Position numbers and translations under genes: made by a program. The notes beneath the pieces were generated by a model that saw only the letters and a list, made by a program, of their open reading frames with translations, was not told the DNA's origin and did no database searches. A stretch of DNA of 59,688 bases, the filler included, from Sphacelaria rigidula (lineage: Eukaryota), in the NCBI GenBank assembly GCA_964200075.2. It is 10 parts of 10 records of this genome, joined end to end, with 100 filler letters (N's around TTAATTAATTAA, not from the genome) between each part and the next. Parts side by side here need not be neighbours in the genome. Positions count along the whole stretch, not along the records: positions 1 to 5,879 come from CAXNAA020023778.1; positions 5,980 to 11,858 come from CAXNAA020023779.1; positions 11,959 to 17,837 come from CAXNAA020023780.1; 7 more parts are not named here. One strand, 5' to 3'. The first letter of the stretch is position 1, and each line of letters begins with the position of its first letter. This document shows positions 1 to 12,150 of this stretch, in pieces.

Positions 1-1467
1 GTTTCTCCAACCATGGCCAAGAGGTGAGAGCGACTATGTTGTGGGTACAAAAAATTCGACTTAAGGGTCGATGAGGGAAAGGGACTGCTGAACCCCTTTC
101 TCGATAAAAAATAAAAGCAAGCACCGCAGAAGGAAGGTGGGGTACTAAGAACAAATAAAAAAGAAACAACTTCTATGTTGATCTTCCTCCTGTGTGACCC
201 CGGCTGCTGCTGCGCCCACATATACCGAAAGGTGTAGACTGGCGCCCAGAATAAATGGGACGACACCACACACAACACACACACCTCATAAGCTGGCGTG
301 TTCGCTTATAGGTTCCCCCATACGAGGGGTCGCTATGGGGCGGCGAACCAAAGGAATGACACCATCATCATCCGTGTGAACCATACCTTTCCGCGATAGT
401 TCAGTCACCCCATCCTGTGTGGAGTCCTTGTGGCTCCCGACGGGCACGAGGGATACAGTTTCCGAAAATGGAGACGGGCATACTTTGGGTAGATAATGAA
501 TAGCCGCTCGACAAGCAGGTTCTGCTTGTTGTTCCCGATCAACGCTACGGTTGGGGGGTGCACTTTATCAGCGAAAACTCTTCCTGGGGCTGCCCGGGGT
601 GTTGGCCGGTTCATCTTGAGAATCGGCATCATTTTTACCTGAAAAAGACTGAAAATGTTGCCAATTCACGAAAACGCCCCTGCGTGCAAACGCCAATTCT
701 GGGAGTCGAACCCCCAGAGATTTGGGTTGCACACTAAGCCCCATATATTTGGGCTCCTACATAAAGAGACTCAAAAACCACTACATGCAACCCCTACCGT
801 AGCATTGCTCTTTCGGGTCATCGGCGTGGGAGAATAAAGTAAAACGTTCTTCAAATACATGTTTATGAAGTTTCCAATACTCATGGGTTCGGGTCATGGC
901 TGTGTTGACACGGAGCGTCGATATTTGGATCAGGGGTGGGGCTACCAGGTAGTGTGTCTTTGGGCGAAACGTTCTAATCTACTCGTATGCCAAATAGCGT
1001 ATCGAATTGTGTAGCAATGGCAACACCATCGCCGGGGAAAAGGGGCACAGCCGAGGATTCGCCTTTTGGCGGCAGCGGTGCTGTGGTTGGGGTCGAGTTT
1101 CGTGGCGCCTCACGCCGCGCGGGTTGGGGGGGCGAGGGGAACCTATCTGGTACCGGAATAGGGTTCGGGAGGGGAAAGTCCGGACCAGAGGCTGCCCGTT
1201 TGGCGGCCGTCTCGGTGGCCCGTCTTGCACGGGTTCTACTCGAACTCAAATCTCGAGCTTGACCCGGGAGGACGAATTCAGTACAGGACGGTTCTCCACC
1301 TGGTGCAAAAAGCACGCGTTGACCAGTTGCACGCAATTGATCATAACCAGTAGTGTTTGCGGGGATTCCGCTCCAAATCTAGTACAACGGGTGGGTTTGG
1401 AAACTGCCTAGTACTCAAGCGTGTGCTGTAGTTGTCAGCCCACTCATGCCAAATGCCGGTTTGCGGT

Positions 1468-2350
1468 TCAGTGAGGGGCTTGTGTAGAGACCGCGATGAC
1501 CTTTCCTGCCGATGAAATATACAGTGCTTGGGTGGGATCCGTGATACGTCCCGAGGCCGATTCATGGATAGGTTCAGCCTGTGTGAGCAATTGAGACAAA
1601 TAGTCGTGGTTGGCGTTCTGGAGTCCTGTTAGGCATTTCATCGTGAAGTTGTAGGAGGGCAGGATTTCGAACCAGCTTTGAACCCGTGCATTGTGCTCCG
1701 CCACCTTGGAGAGGTTTTCCCGGGGCCTATGATCTGTACAAATCACAAACGGAATGTCATGCAAGTACTGACGGAGCCGTCGCACACCCCAAACAACCAC
1801 GACAGCCTATTGTTCCATGGCCGACCAATTGTGTTCGTTTGGGAAGATGGTTTGACTCAGATATACAATGGGTCAAACACAAGTATGTTCTTGCTCTGGT
1901 TCTAACGCACGGCCAAAACCGATTTTGGAGACATCCGTGTGAAATCGGAATGGGCGTGGACCATTTTCCGCGGTTGACCAGCACGGGTAAACCAGGATCG
2001 GTGATCGCAAAAGCATGTCAAGCAGTCGACGCACAACGTTTTTCCATTTCCGGTGCAAATACGAGTTTCATCCCTTTCTTGAGAAGGGTAGTGAGGGGTT
2101 TGAGAGTTTAGGCTAGGCTTGGCGAGTGCTGTCGGTAGTAGGTCAGACGTCCGAGCATGGAGCGTAGTTGAGCAACATCCCATGGCATGGGCTTTTCGGC
2201 AAGTGCGGCAACCTTGTTCAGGTTTGGGCTACGACCTTCACATGTGATACAATGGCCCAGGAACTCGATACGAGTCGAGCCAATGCGGGATCTGGACGGG
2301 TGAGAGTTCCAAGTTGGGCTGTTCAGATCGAGCGAGCAAGGACGCCTTTC
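1468..2350 (-). mobile_element. Ty3/Gypsy LTR retrotransposon pol remnant (RT thumb, connection, RNase H), decayed
   Basis: Minus-strand translation gives RIGSTRIEFLGHCIT..KVAALAEKPMPWDVAQLRSMLGRLTYYRQ, PILVYPCW..GPRPFRFHTDVSKIGFGRALE and WGVRRLRQYL..FVICTDHRP..RVQSWFEILPSYNFTMK..NANHDYLSQL. These are canonical Gypsy RT/RNase H motifs, with stops and frameshifts. Confidence 0.88.
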
Positions 2351-2617
2351 GGGGAAATTCGATTAACGGTGTGGATGGATGACAGACCCAAGGAAAAGAC
2401 AGGCGTGAAGCCAGGTACAGTGGCCCGGCCGAGCGGACAAAACAGTTGTTGTCCCGTCACCATCCTCCGGCACCACCCGAAGGATGGTGACGGGACCCGA
2501 AGGATGGTGACGGGACCGCGACTGTTTTGTCCGTCCGGTCGTGCCACTACACCTGGCCTTACGCTTGCCCTTCCCTTGGGTCCGCCATCCATCCACACCG
2601 TTTGTCGAATTTCTCCT
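2351..2617. repeat. Long imperfect hairpin (~117-bp arms) at a deletion junction of the Gypsy remnant
   Basis: 2351-2466 is the reverse complement of 2501-2617 (about 20 mismatches by eye, mostly transitions). CCCGAAGGATGGTGACGGGA is tandemly duplicated in the loop. Confidence 0.9.
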
Positions 2618-3291
2618 ATCGCCGTCTCTCTGAGACCCACTGAATTCAACTCGTCGGGGCAGGTATTGTAGCTCTCGGCTGGTATCGGAAAGGCGCGGGG
2701 GAGTGAACAGGCTGCACAACACCTGCTAACGTAACAGGTTTGTCGTAGTGAGGGAACCAGTTCAGTAGGGTTCTGGCCTTGTCTGTGAGAGGGACAATGA
2801 GTTGCCATGCCCGACACGCGTACATTAGGGAGTGGGGGGGGGGGGTTCGTTGGCGAAGTTATAACGGGGAACAGAACACCTGTCAAGGTTTCGACGCCGG
2901 AGATTTCCGGTGGGTTAAAGCGAGGATTCCTGTCCACTGCCTAGGAGGCGGTGGGTACTACAGGGACCGTCTATTTTGGTGGCCGTTGGACCCGAGTCCT
3001 GCCGGGGTGAAGTCTGGGGTGAGGGGGGGGGGTTCGAGGGGATGAATGATTACGATGGCTCTTGAGCTGGGTCGCTGTTGTGGAAGTGCTGTTTCCCTGT
3101 GCAGTCGGAAGTCTGCGATGGGAGCGGGGGAAGTCCGGTTGTTGAAGGGAGGGAAGAGTTGGAGTTGGTGTATCATGACTCGCGCTATCCTGTCTGCCTA
3201 CCGGGGAAAACGGGTTGGAGGTCGTGGATGAAATGTGGGGTTCATCGCTGAGCTCTGACGGCTCATGAGTTCGCATGCGAGGGCGGCGTAA

Positions 3292-3830
3292 CTATTCATC
3301 GAGAGCTGATTGTGTATATGCGGAAAGGCGCACACTGTGCATTGTCCGGCTGTGAAATTGTGGTGTTGGAGCGCCTGTTGGTATTCTAAGTTCCGCCGCA
3401 CGCAAGGATTTTGCGGATTGACAAAGGAGGCGAGTATGCTTGTTTCGGTCGTTCGCGACAGCTTCACGTTTCACGTCGAATTCACGACAAACGCGCGCGA
3501 GTTCTTGTGTGTGCTCAAAGTCTCGACGGGTTATGCGTTCGGTGTAGGCTTGGGCGGTTTGGGCGAAGAGATCGTCCCAGTACGCGACCTGCTTGGTGTG
3601 TGTGAATTTATCCGACGCGTGAGCCAGAATATAAGTGGGCGAGTATGTTCGGAATGGAGTCCTGGCCTTGTCTCGTTCCTTCTTTGGGTGACGCGCGGAC
3701 GGAGATTTTTCAGGCTGGCGGCCGCTGCCGAGTGTTACGGGAATGGGTACGTGGGCTCTAGTACCTGATTGAGTACGGAAGTCTTGACTTCGAGGGAAAA
3801 GGGCCCCTCCAGCATTGGGACCTACGTGAG
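3292..3830 (-). mobile_element. Probable gag-like ORF remnant of the same Gypsy element
   Basis: Open frame of ~180 aa upstream of the pol remnant and on the same strand. No diagnostic motif; the call rests on position. Confidence 0.3.
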
Positions 3831-4230
3831 GGATTGCTGATTGGGAGACATGAACGGATACATGGCCATCACTGTTTTGAAACGTCCAAGGGTAGGCCGA
3901 GTAGAGTATGTACTTTTGAGTACAAGTACTCAAATATTTGCTCTACTCGACGGATTGCTGATTGGGAGACATGAACGGATACATGGCCATCACTGTTTTG
4001 AAACGTCCAAGGGTAGGTCGAGTAGAGTATGTACTTTTGAGTACTCGAGTAAAATACTCAAGTATTTGCTCTACTTGACGTTTGAGTTGGTCGAGTACGG
4101 CCTCGAATACTCTACTCAAATTCTGAGTGGGTTGAGTACGACCTCGAATACTCCACTCAATCTTCGAGAACTAAAAGTATGACTCTTCAAAAATACTGAG
4201 TATTGAGTATACTATATTCGACATACTCTT
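3831..4230. repeat. ~121-bp tandem duplication running into a GAGTAC/GTACTC-rich region
   Basis: GGATTGCTGATTGGGAGACATGAACGGATACATGGCC... starts at 3831 and again at 3952. Many GAGTA/TACTC motifs continue to ~4230. Confidence 0.85.
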
Positions 4231-4586
4231 GGAAACGTCACGTATGACCTGCTTAAGTCAGTCACAATGGCGTGTATGTGCTTCTGAGAGGGGAACAACT
4301 GCACTGGGCTTGCTGCTGCTGTGGGCATGGATCGGATCTCCACTTTTGAAAAATATCACATTATCTCCTTTACCCTACCCGACACGCCCTTGCAATCAAT
4401 CAGTTGCTGCAAGCCATAGTAAACTTGATCGTCTGTGTAAAATGTAGCCCCGATTCTTTTTTCGCATGCACACCTGTCGGGCGGTGACCTGTCGACAATG
4501 CACCGTCTGACGGATACCACCTTCATCTTCCCACCACATCCTTTTTTTCTGTCGGTCCCTCGCTCGGTCCACCTGTCTCTTGTCAG

Positions 4587-4701
4587 AGCCGTCGGGCAGT
4601 ACGGAGTGGTGGAAAACGAAGTCTCCCTGGGGTTGTTGTTGGATAACGACGGAGCACAAGATGAGAACGACCTGTGGAAAGACGCAGTCGCAGCACCGCA
4701 G
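4587..4701 (+). CDS. Candidate internal exon of an unknown gene (AVGQYGVVENEVSLGLLLDNDGAQDENDLWKDAVAAPQ)
   Basis: Pyrimidine-rich acceptor (ctgtctcttgtcag), open frame with protein-like composition, CAG/GT donor. No homology recognised. Confidence 0.3.
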
Positions 4702-4821
4702 GTGGATGGGGGGCTCGATTGTACTTTTGCTGAACTTTTTACCAGGTGTTTTTGTTTAGCGTTTTGTTTTTTACCGTAGGGAGTGTGTTGTTTTTTTGTT
4801 GCGATGTTTTAATCTTGTTAT

Positions 4822-4980
4822 CATGATCCAGTTTTGATGCCATGATCCAGTTTTGATGTCATGACCCGGTTTCGTTGTCAGGACCCAGTTTGGATGTCAC
4901 GACCCAGTCTTGTAGTCATGATCCAGTTTTGATATCATGATCCAGGATTGTTGTCATGATCCAGTTTTGCTGTCATGATT
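4822..4980. repeat. 19-bp minisatellite (CATGATCCAGTTTTGATGT), ~8 copies
   Basis: Tandem units are directly visible. Confidence 0.9.
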
Positions 4981-5169
4981 TGTGGCTGTTGTGTCGATGG
5001 TCGGTTCTGATGTAGCTGAGGTGTAACGGAAGCCGTCGTTGAGACGGAAGTCTCTGAGGGTGGAGGTCATTTCTCCCCGACGCAGGCTTACGGTTATGTG
5101 AATTTGTGGTGTAAAACGTTTTACTCTTCCGTGCTGCTACTGTGCTGTCAAGTTGGACTGACATGGGGA

Positions 5170-5419
5170 AAAAAAATGATACATGAGGCAGCAGCGAGGA
5201 AACGATGAGCATGCTATGATATAAGATGGATGGTGGCCACAGACGGCGAAGCAAAAATAGGATAAGACGTGTGAAGATTTTCGTATAGCGTATGGAAAGG
5301 TATAATGAGCGCCCCAAAATGTTCGACGTGTCTCTGATATGAGTAGTAACGGTGCTGTGTCTCAAAAGGGATGCCTCGTCAATTTTCAAACGACAAAGGC
5401 ATGTAACAAATGAGTACGT
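5170..5419 (+). mobile_element. 3' end of a non-LTR retrotransposon (family ending ...AACAAATGAGTACG, followed by a C tract)
   Basis: Matches 30400-30460 plus 30771-30905 (GATGG..GGCCACAGACGGCGAA..., GTCTC.AAAGGGATGC..TCAAT). Ends in the C run at 5420-5436. Confidence 0.8.
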
Positions 5420-5879
5420 CCCCCCCCCCCCCCCCCTCTCGTGGTGACATACCCGTAAAAACTTACCGGGTTCCATTGGGCGGTGGAAGTCTGGTCAGCC
5501 ATTTCCAGAAATTTCCGACATGAGATGCGAAAGGCTCCCGATGACGGCAAGGGGTGGACACTGCATGACGTAAATATCAATACCTACTGCACTCATGACA
5601 CAAACACCATATGGATGACCGACCACATGACCTACGAGAAGGAGCACCAAGCGGTACGCAGACTTCATGAGATCTTGAAGGATAGAAGCTGGCACAAAGT
5701 GTGGGAGAAGCATTGGCGAAGCTTTCGGCAGCGAAGGTCTACTTGGAAGCACCAGTGGAGTATCGACCCATGGTGAACCGTACACGGAGTGGAAGAGTGA
5801 TGTACGGGATATCTCGGTGTGAGTAAGACATTGTGTTATGCAAGCCGTCCTTTAACCTTATACGGTGAAAATGACCTCC

Positions 5880-5979
5880 NNNNNNNNNNNNNNNNNNNNN
5901 NNNNNNNNNNNNNNNNNNNNNNNTTAATTAATTAANNNNNNNNNNNNNNNNNNNNNNNNNNNNNNNNNNNNNNNNNNNN
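5880..5979. other. Artificial contig linker (44 N + TTAATTAATTAA + 44 N)
   Basis: Six-frame-stop spacer repeated every 5978-5979 bp. Confidence 0.98.
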
Positions 5980-8900
5980 AAAGAAAAAAAATGACCGGCG
6001 CAATAGTGTCTCTCTCATCCACACACAAAACGAAGAAAAATAGGCCACACCCCACCACCCCCCCCCCCCCCCCCCCCGAGTACGAGAGTTAGGTCAAGCT
6101 TCCCCCAGCCTCAAAAAGTTACGACAGGCAGCGTGTGCCGATCCCGGGACAGGGCATCATCAAGAACGGAAATGGTGTGCACAGAAGCGCCCTGAGCAGC
6201 TTGCATGCCTCGCGATTGTTGAGACTAGGATCATTCTACGATTGCGAAAGGAGAATGCGCCAGGGCTTGGTGAAGATCTGCAACTCCCATTTGCCGTGTC
6301 TCACTGGTTTCGCAGATGGGAATTCATCGGCGAGTTTCCTCCAGGAAGTGTTCAATCAAGGTCCATTTTGTGATTACGGCTAGATTCGTGGCGAATCATT
6401 TCATTTGCGACAATAGATCAAATAAATACCAATTGGCCCCCAAACTGCTGTAAAATGGAAGCTTCATGTACGGTGTGGAGGTGGGTTGGCAATATTAAGG
6501 GAAATAGAGATGATGGAAGAAATAAATTCAAATTACGATCCGCTCTCCGACCTCTTTCCTTCCGTTGCCGAAGAGCGATACAGCCTAGTTCAGTCAGGGT
6601 GAGCGCCCACAATTTGTTCCCCACTAGATTCAGAACGCAAACCTGACCCGCTAAAAACATACTGTATATTGTATGACCATGACCCCACGAGCAAGCGAAC
6701 GGTGTAACAGCCAGATTTTTTTTGCGTCCGTTGCTCCGGCGCTGGTGAAAATGTTTGTATGTTTCTCGGCCGATCAGTGGCCTTGAAACTGTTGTGAAAT
6801 TCGAAATGGAGATGCGAATTCCACACACGACTTCTACCCAATTTCATCATGAACCAAACCTGAGTAACTAGCATCACCTGTAGGGGATCTACCGCAAAAC
6901 AAAAAAATAAAAACAGCATGTATGGGATCCCCAAAACGCGATATTTCAGTGATATAGGGTGTCGGTGTCGTCGGATTTCCTCTGACAACATACATAGAAG
7001 ACACAGCATATCTCTTGACGGTTTCCCTTACACCTGCTGTAAAAAGACTCCAAATGAAAAAAAAAAACACACTGAAGAATATTTGAAAATTCATTCGCTC
7101 TCTACCAGCTGTCGGCGGTCCCAACGTGAAGACCGCAGAAGTCGGTGCGGAATGCCTACAAAAAAAACGAAGGCTCACTTGAGATATGTTTTATTTTTTG
7201 GAGAGCTGCATCGTGTCACGTCCGGCTGAAACCCGCATAGTGCACGGCCAAGCTTGATTTGTGTTCTTGGGGAGGATTCCCGACGGCAGATTTTCGTTTC
7301 TAGCTACGGAATTAGCTTTTACATTTCAACTCACGGTCTACAGGTAACGACAACACTTTCACCAACAAAACCAGGCATAAAATACATCATACCTCTGGTG
7401 GGGGGTATCTCGCTGCAGTGGCGAGCTGCTGGCGTTTTTTTCACCACGCTGAAATCTTCTTTCGAAAAGGTTGTGACCAATCTTGCGCGAAAATAAAAGA
7501 AGACAATCCAATACCGGAATGCCTGCATAGGAGAACCACTTGACAAGCATTTAGCTGATATCAGCCGTGAATTAGACACTGTTCACACGAGCGGCGGGCC
7601 CGACACAAGAGAGTATCGGCCCAGCGCGTGCCACCGGTGGCAAGCTTTGCTCAAGGCGGGATCGTCGGTGTAGATTTCTAGCTGAAGAAGTGACGATTTC
7701 CAGCGTGGGGTGGTCTGAATAGTGTTACTTTTCATTGGTACATCTCGCGCACAATGCAACGCCGATAGGTGGCGACCACGCTCAGGGCACCAGGCCAAAA
7801 GGATGCGTGCCGGCTCTAATAGTGCATGATGTGTTCAGTCCACGTGAAACAGAATTAGGTCATTTCCTTTACCGAGCAAGTAACACGACACACTTTTGTG
7901 CATGCATGCCTTGTACAGCGGATTGCGCCGCCTACAAAACTGAAAACTTCGCATAAATTACAGTATGAAAGTGTGTGATGTGCTGCACCCCTTACTCTCA
8001 TGTGTGACCGGACAAAGCTCCCTTGCTCTGCAGTGCAATCGTGCACAGGATTATATCGCCTGCAGTTCAATATGGCGTGCACCCGGAACACAACACTAGA
8101 TGCCCTGTTAATGTCGACATGATTAAAGACATCGTTTGGCGGGGCGATGTGGCGAAGCCTAAACCACAGTGCTGTGAAGTACGATTGCGCACTTGTCCCC
8201 ATCTCTCCTGTGCTGCAGCAGGGGCGCAGCGGTTACGCCTGTATCGTTTGGTACGAGGATTATGCGGCGTAACGGCAGCTGGTGTATCTTCCGACGGTTG
8301 ACTGGCTCGACTTTGGCGCTCCATTCTTTTTGTGAAGTTCTCGACCGCCGCTGCAGGCACCAACGTGAAACTTGGTGCACCAGTCGGGCACACCACGTCC
8401 AGTGTATGTTCCGGAGCATAGCCCCTTTCCTTCCCCGAGCGAATTAAACAAAGCGACTTCCGATTTTGGGCGATACCGTCTGTATGGCCTCAAAACGACC
8501 ATCTCGCGGCCGAGATTCCGTGCACCGTGATTGAATGCATCTGTGGACATGGTAGCGCACTTACTTCCGCATCATGAACACCTAGGAGGCTGCACTGCTC
8601 GCAAACATAGATCAGTGCTGGCGGCGCCTCTGGATGATGATAATCTGTAGAAAAGCCATTCCAGAATCGACTGCAGGGATGCCCGCAGCAGGAGGCACAG
8701 TCGTGCGCGCGCTGTCGTCGCTACTATGCGCTGAAACTTTGCTAATATCTCATGTAGACCACAATCAATAAGTTCATGCATCTAGATCTGGGGTAGGGCG
8801 TTGGAGCAGTGGACGAGGGGATGGAGAAAGCTCCAATTCTGTTCCGAAATATATACATTTTTTCGCGCAAGGCTATGCTAGACTATCCTCAGAAAAAATA

Positions 8901-10089
8901 TTGAAGCACCCGGAAGTCCATGAGGTCGCGCACAACGTCTCGAGCGTACCGTCCTCTTGGTGCCAGTCAGGGGGCAATGCGTACTGTCTCTGGCGGGCAA
9001 TTACAGATCAAAGGTGTTGCTCTAAAGTGGATACTATGGGTTTCAGCGCTTGTCGAAGCAGGCATTTGTCCGAAGTCGAGAACGGGGTCATAACGCAATA
9101 AAGTAAACAAAGAGCTAATGGTTTCTTTTTCCATGCTGCTTAAACACTGCCTCCACCAAACTGTGCGTTGGCTTGGGCAAAGTGGGCGCTGATAAAACCC
9201 CGTAGTATGGTAACCTCAAGTGGCCGCCGGTATATTCGTGGGTATACTCGGCGGTACGGTGCTGTCTGACGACTCCCAACTGTCTGAAATCTACCGTACT
9301 GTCTGCACTGAGTTCACTATACTTACTATCTGCTGTATGTTCTGGGACTACCATACTTTGAGGAACTCACTTCTTTTTGTTTTTGAATAACCCTCCCTTC
9401 AACGAGAGCCCACCAGCGAGAACAGACTTATATTCATCCGCCATTCCAGTAGCGATTCACTGCTGATGATCCAAATTGGTGCACGCTCTTGTCAAACACC
9501 GACGACAGCTCTGGGCAGCCCTGGTTACGAAAATAAGCAAAGGATTGGAAAATTATGAAATCCCTTAATCAATTTTCATAGTAGTTATTACATGTGCTAC
9601 AGAACCAGGCTTGTCGCCAAATATATGTATCACAGCAGATCACCGTGACAGACAACGAGAAACACATCAGAAGTGACTTTTTTGTGTCAAGTTGATTATT
9701 TACTCCTTCAATTATGGAAAAGGTACCTTCTGCAGCTCACCGCTGCAGTCAGATACAACTCGCTGCAAGAGAGTTGTTTTTTGCTCGCCCTTATGCATTT
9801 CGATCGCGGATCAGAACAAAAGAATGAGTGACGGATAAAAGTGATCTTCCTCCAGGACGCCAGTTCTCCTGGCACGGTCGATGAACCAACCCCTACAGTG
9901 GCGAAGGAAGACGGCTCGACTTTCGCCTAGAATTGCGTTTCACTTCCTGTGGTTGACAACGACGAGAGCGTACGACATATAGATCACTAGAGGTATTTTT
10001 TTTCAAGTGAAGACGTTGCGCTGCGACTTGTCACCTTCGAGGTGGCAAAACCTGCTCTGTCCTCTCTGCTGAGCGTCCTGTCACCTTCC

Positions 10090-10269
10090 ATGAGAAGAAG
10101 ACCCGAGAATAGTGACGACATGCACAACAACAACGCTTATGGCTCGCAAGGAGGGGGGGGATACCGGGGAGGGGGATATTATTCTGCACCTTCAGATCGG
10201 ATCAGGGAAACGAACCACAACATCATGGAGATGCAGAATAACGCCCACATCGATGACCTGAGCGATCAG
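10090..10269 (+). CDS. First coding exon of a Bet1-like (Qc) SNARE
   Basis: ATG at 10090; 60 codons MRRRPENSDD...RIRETNHNIMEMQNNAHIDDLSDQ, then a CAG/GTAC donor at 10270. MEMQNNAHIDDLSDQ resembles the start of the Bet1/Sft1 SNARE motif (LE.QND..LD.L..KV), after the usual short Gly/Tyr-rich N-terminus. Confidence 0.75.
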
Positions 10270-10439
10270 GTACAACGCGGTTGTGTAGAGATAGATGCCC
10301 CGCCGTAGGCAGGACAATGACACAGAGGGGTTACCGTTCCTGTATAGGGATTGCTCAGTAAGCTCACAAAGGAACAACGTTAGATACTGTCAGCAAACGG
10401 GTGGTATTCGTCGGGGAAAATGATTTACGGATATATGTA

Positions 10440-10740
10440 AAAAATAGTGCACGGGAACCGTAGGTGGGGTACCGTGCCGAGCGTACCCGCAGTATTTACC
10501 GGGATATCTCATACATTGATATGCGTGGGTATCGTAGGTATAAGTTTTCGAAATACCTGATTGAGCGGATACGGTAGGTACTGGACTCTCGAAATACCAT
10601 GGTATCGTAGGCATCGTAGGTATTACATTTCAAAATACCCGATTGGGTCGGTGCAGTATCGGTAGGGTATGAAATGTCCCAACTACCAGTACCGTATACC
10701 TGCCTTGCCCTCGATACCGACTCTAAAACTGTCATACGGC
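10440..10740. repeat. GGTAC/GGTATCG-rich intronic repeat with internal duplications (MITE-like)
   Basis: Recurrent GGTATCGTAGGTAT, TTTC.AAATACC.GATTG and GTACCGT modules. Confidence 0.5.
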
Positions 10741-10784
10741 AGTGCGGAGAAGTGTTTCAGGGCGTGATATAGGCCCTGTCTTAA

Positions 10785-10882
10785 CCCTTAGACCGCAAGG
10801 GTAGTCTTTCTGGACTATGCATACTTTTTTTAAGTGAAATTGATGCCCATTCAACAGATGACCTACTCTCGCTGTCTAAGGG
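10785..10882. mobile_element. 98-bp piggyBac-type MITE with TTAA TSD
   Basis: TTAA|CCCTTAGAC...GTCTAAGGG|TTAA. CCC/GGG termini with a TTAA duplication are piggyBac hallmarks. Further copies at ~40520 and 47112. Confidence 0.88.
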
Positions 10883-10886
10883 TTAA

Positions 10887-11073
10887 GCCGTGTCTTAGCA
10901 CATCATTTTTCGATCGAAAAAGTGCGATTCAAAACAAAAATCCCGATCTGATAGGTCGTGATTTCAACCATCTTCAAAATTTTCGACGATGGTTGAAATT
11001 ACGACATATCAGATCCAGATTTTCGTTTGGCACCGCACAATTTCGATCGAAAACTCATTTGCTAAGGCACACC
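10887..11073. mobile_element. ~187-bp almost fully palindromic MITE (termini reminiscent of PIF/Tourist)
   Basis: GTGTCTTAGCA..TTTTCGATCGAAA..ATCTGATA..GATTTCAACCATC mirrors GATGGTTGAAAT..TATCAGAT..TTTCGATCGAAAA..TGCTAAGGCAC. An extra partial arm lies at 11077-11140. Confidence 0.75.
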
Positions 11074-11858
11074 CTTGGGCCCTGTCTCAGCACATGGTTG
11101 AAATCGCGATCTATCAGATCGGGATTTTTGTTTGAGCAACGGACTAGAAAAGGTATACCTTCTCGTTCTTTGCCCAAGAAAAAATGGCCAGAAACGCGAA
11201 AACAGCCAAACACGCCATTTTGACCGTTTTCGCTACGCATTTTTCACGCACATCATTCGGGGGGGCCATTGGCACCCCGGTCTCGAAACAAAACGGGAAA
11301 AAAACATCTTATTCGAGAGATATGGCCACGCGAAAACGGACGTCTCGTCTTCAGAAATCACTCACCTTTTGTAGGCCAAATTTCGCCCAGGTATACCTGA
11401 TCTAGGAATTATTTTTCAATCGTACCTTTTCTGGACCACCGATCGGCCGAGAACGTACCTGTGCTAGGCCATCGCTCTCTAAACTGTACCTGATGCGGCA
11501 CATCGCGCGAAAGGGAGTCTACGCGCCAACTCCAACCATGGCGCCCACACCTTCGGCTCTTTTCCCGCTCATTTGCCGTTCATGGACGGCACAACGACCA
11601 AGCCCCCTTCTCCCCAGAAATGGTTCTCAAGTCTCTCCGCTATTACTGTTCTGTCTCTAGCTCTCTTTGCGTGACGACCAGTACTGTATGCGTTGCTTGA
11701 ACCAACCATCGATGATGCGAACATAGCCCGTTGGTGGCGGAAGAGCCTAGCTTGACCCTGACACCAGCCCCGAGATCGCAAAAATACAACAGTGTTCCAC
11801 AACCCACTGGATCACAAGAGACCGACGTGCTGTAAGTTGTGAGTCTACATGTTGTGTC

Positions 11859-11958
11859 NNNNNNNNNNNNNNNNNNNNNNNNNNNNNNNNNNNNNNNNNN
11901 NNTTAATTAATTAANNNNNNNNNNNNNNNNNNNNNNNNNNNNNNNNNNNNNNNNNNNN
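11859..11958. other. Artificial contig linker
   Basis: 44 N + TTAATTAATTAA + 44 N. Confidence 0.98.
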
Positions 11959-12080
11959 CGAAGCCTACTGATTATCTTGCATTTGGATGACAGCCAACAA
12001 TGAGTTGCTTTATTCTGTGGTATCGCCACTTCCAGAGACAGCTACGGTTTTACACTACCTCATGGGGGGGGGAGGGGGGG

Positions 12081-12150
12081 CGTATTCATTTGTTGCTTGC
12101 CTTAGTTGTGTGACCATTGATCACGCATCACTTTCGAGACGGAGCACTTT
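12081..12150 (-). mobile_element. 5'-truncated LINE 3' end flanked by G tracts on both sides
   Basis: CGTATTCATTTGTTGCTTGCCTTAG...TTTCGAGACGGAGCAC is the reverse complement of the family 3' end. Confidence 0.8.

Noticed and set aside
690..760. B-box-like GGGTTCGACTCCC on the minus strand (tRNA or SINE?)
   Set aside because: No convincing A box or cloverleaf; it lies in a fragment resembling DNA-element sequence at 12800-12850.
5483..5776. 97-aa Trp/His-rich ORF
   Set aside because: Possibly a transposon or exon fragment, but there is no recognisable family or splice support.
5924..5935. TTAATTAATTAA as a biological motif or piggyBac target
   Set aside because: It is the artificial six-frame-stop linker inside N runs.
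6130..8550. Decayed PIF/Harbinger transposase pieces (PWRILL..NDPS..KLLRA..TPFPF; NDVFNHVDINR)
   Set aside because: The resemblance is too weak, and the fragments are not in the expected order on the strand.
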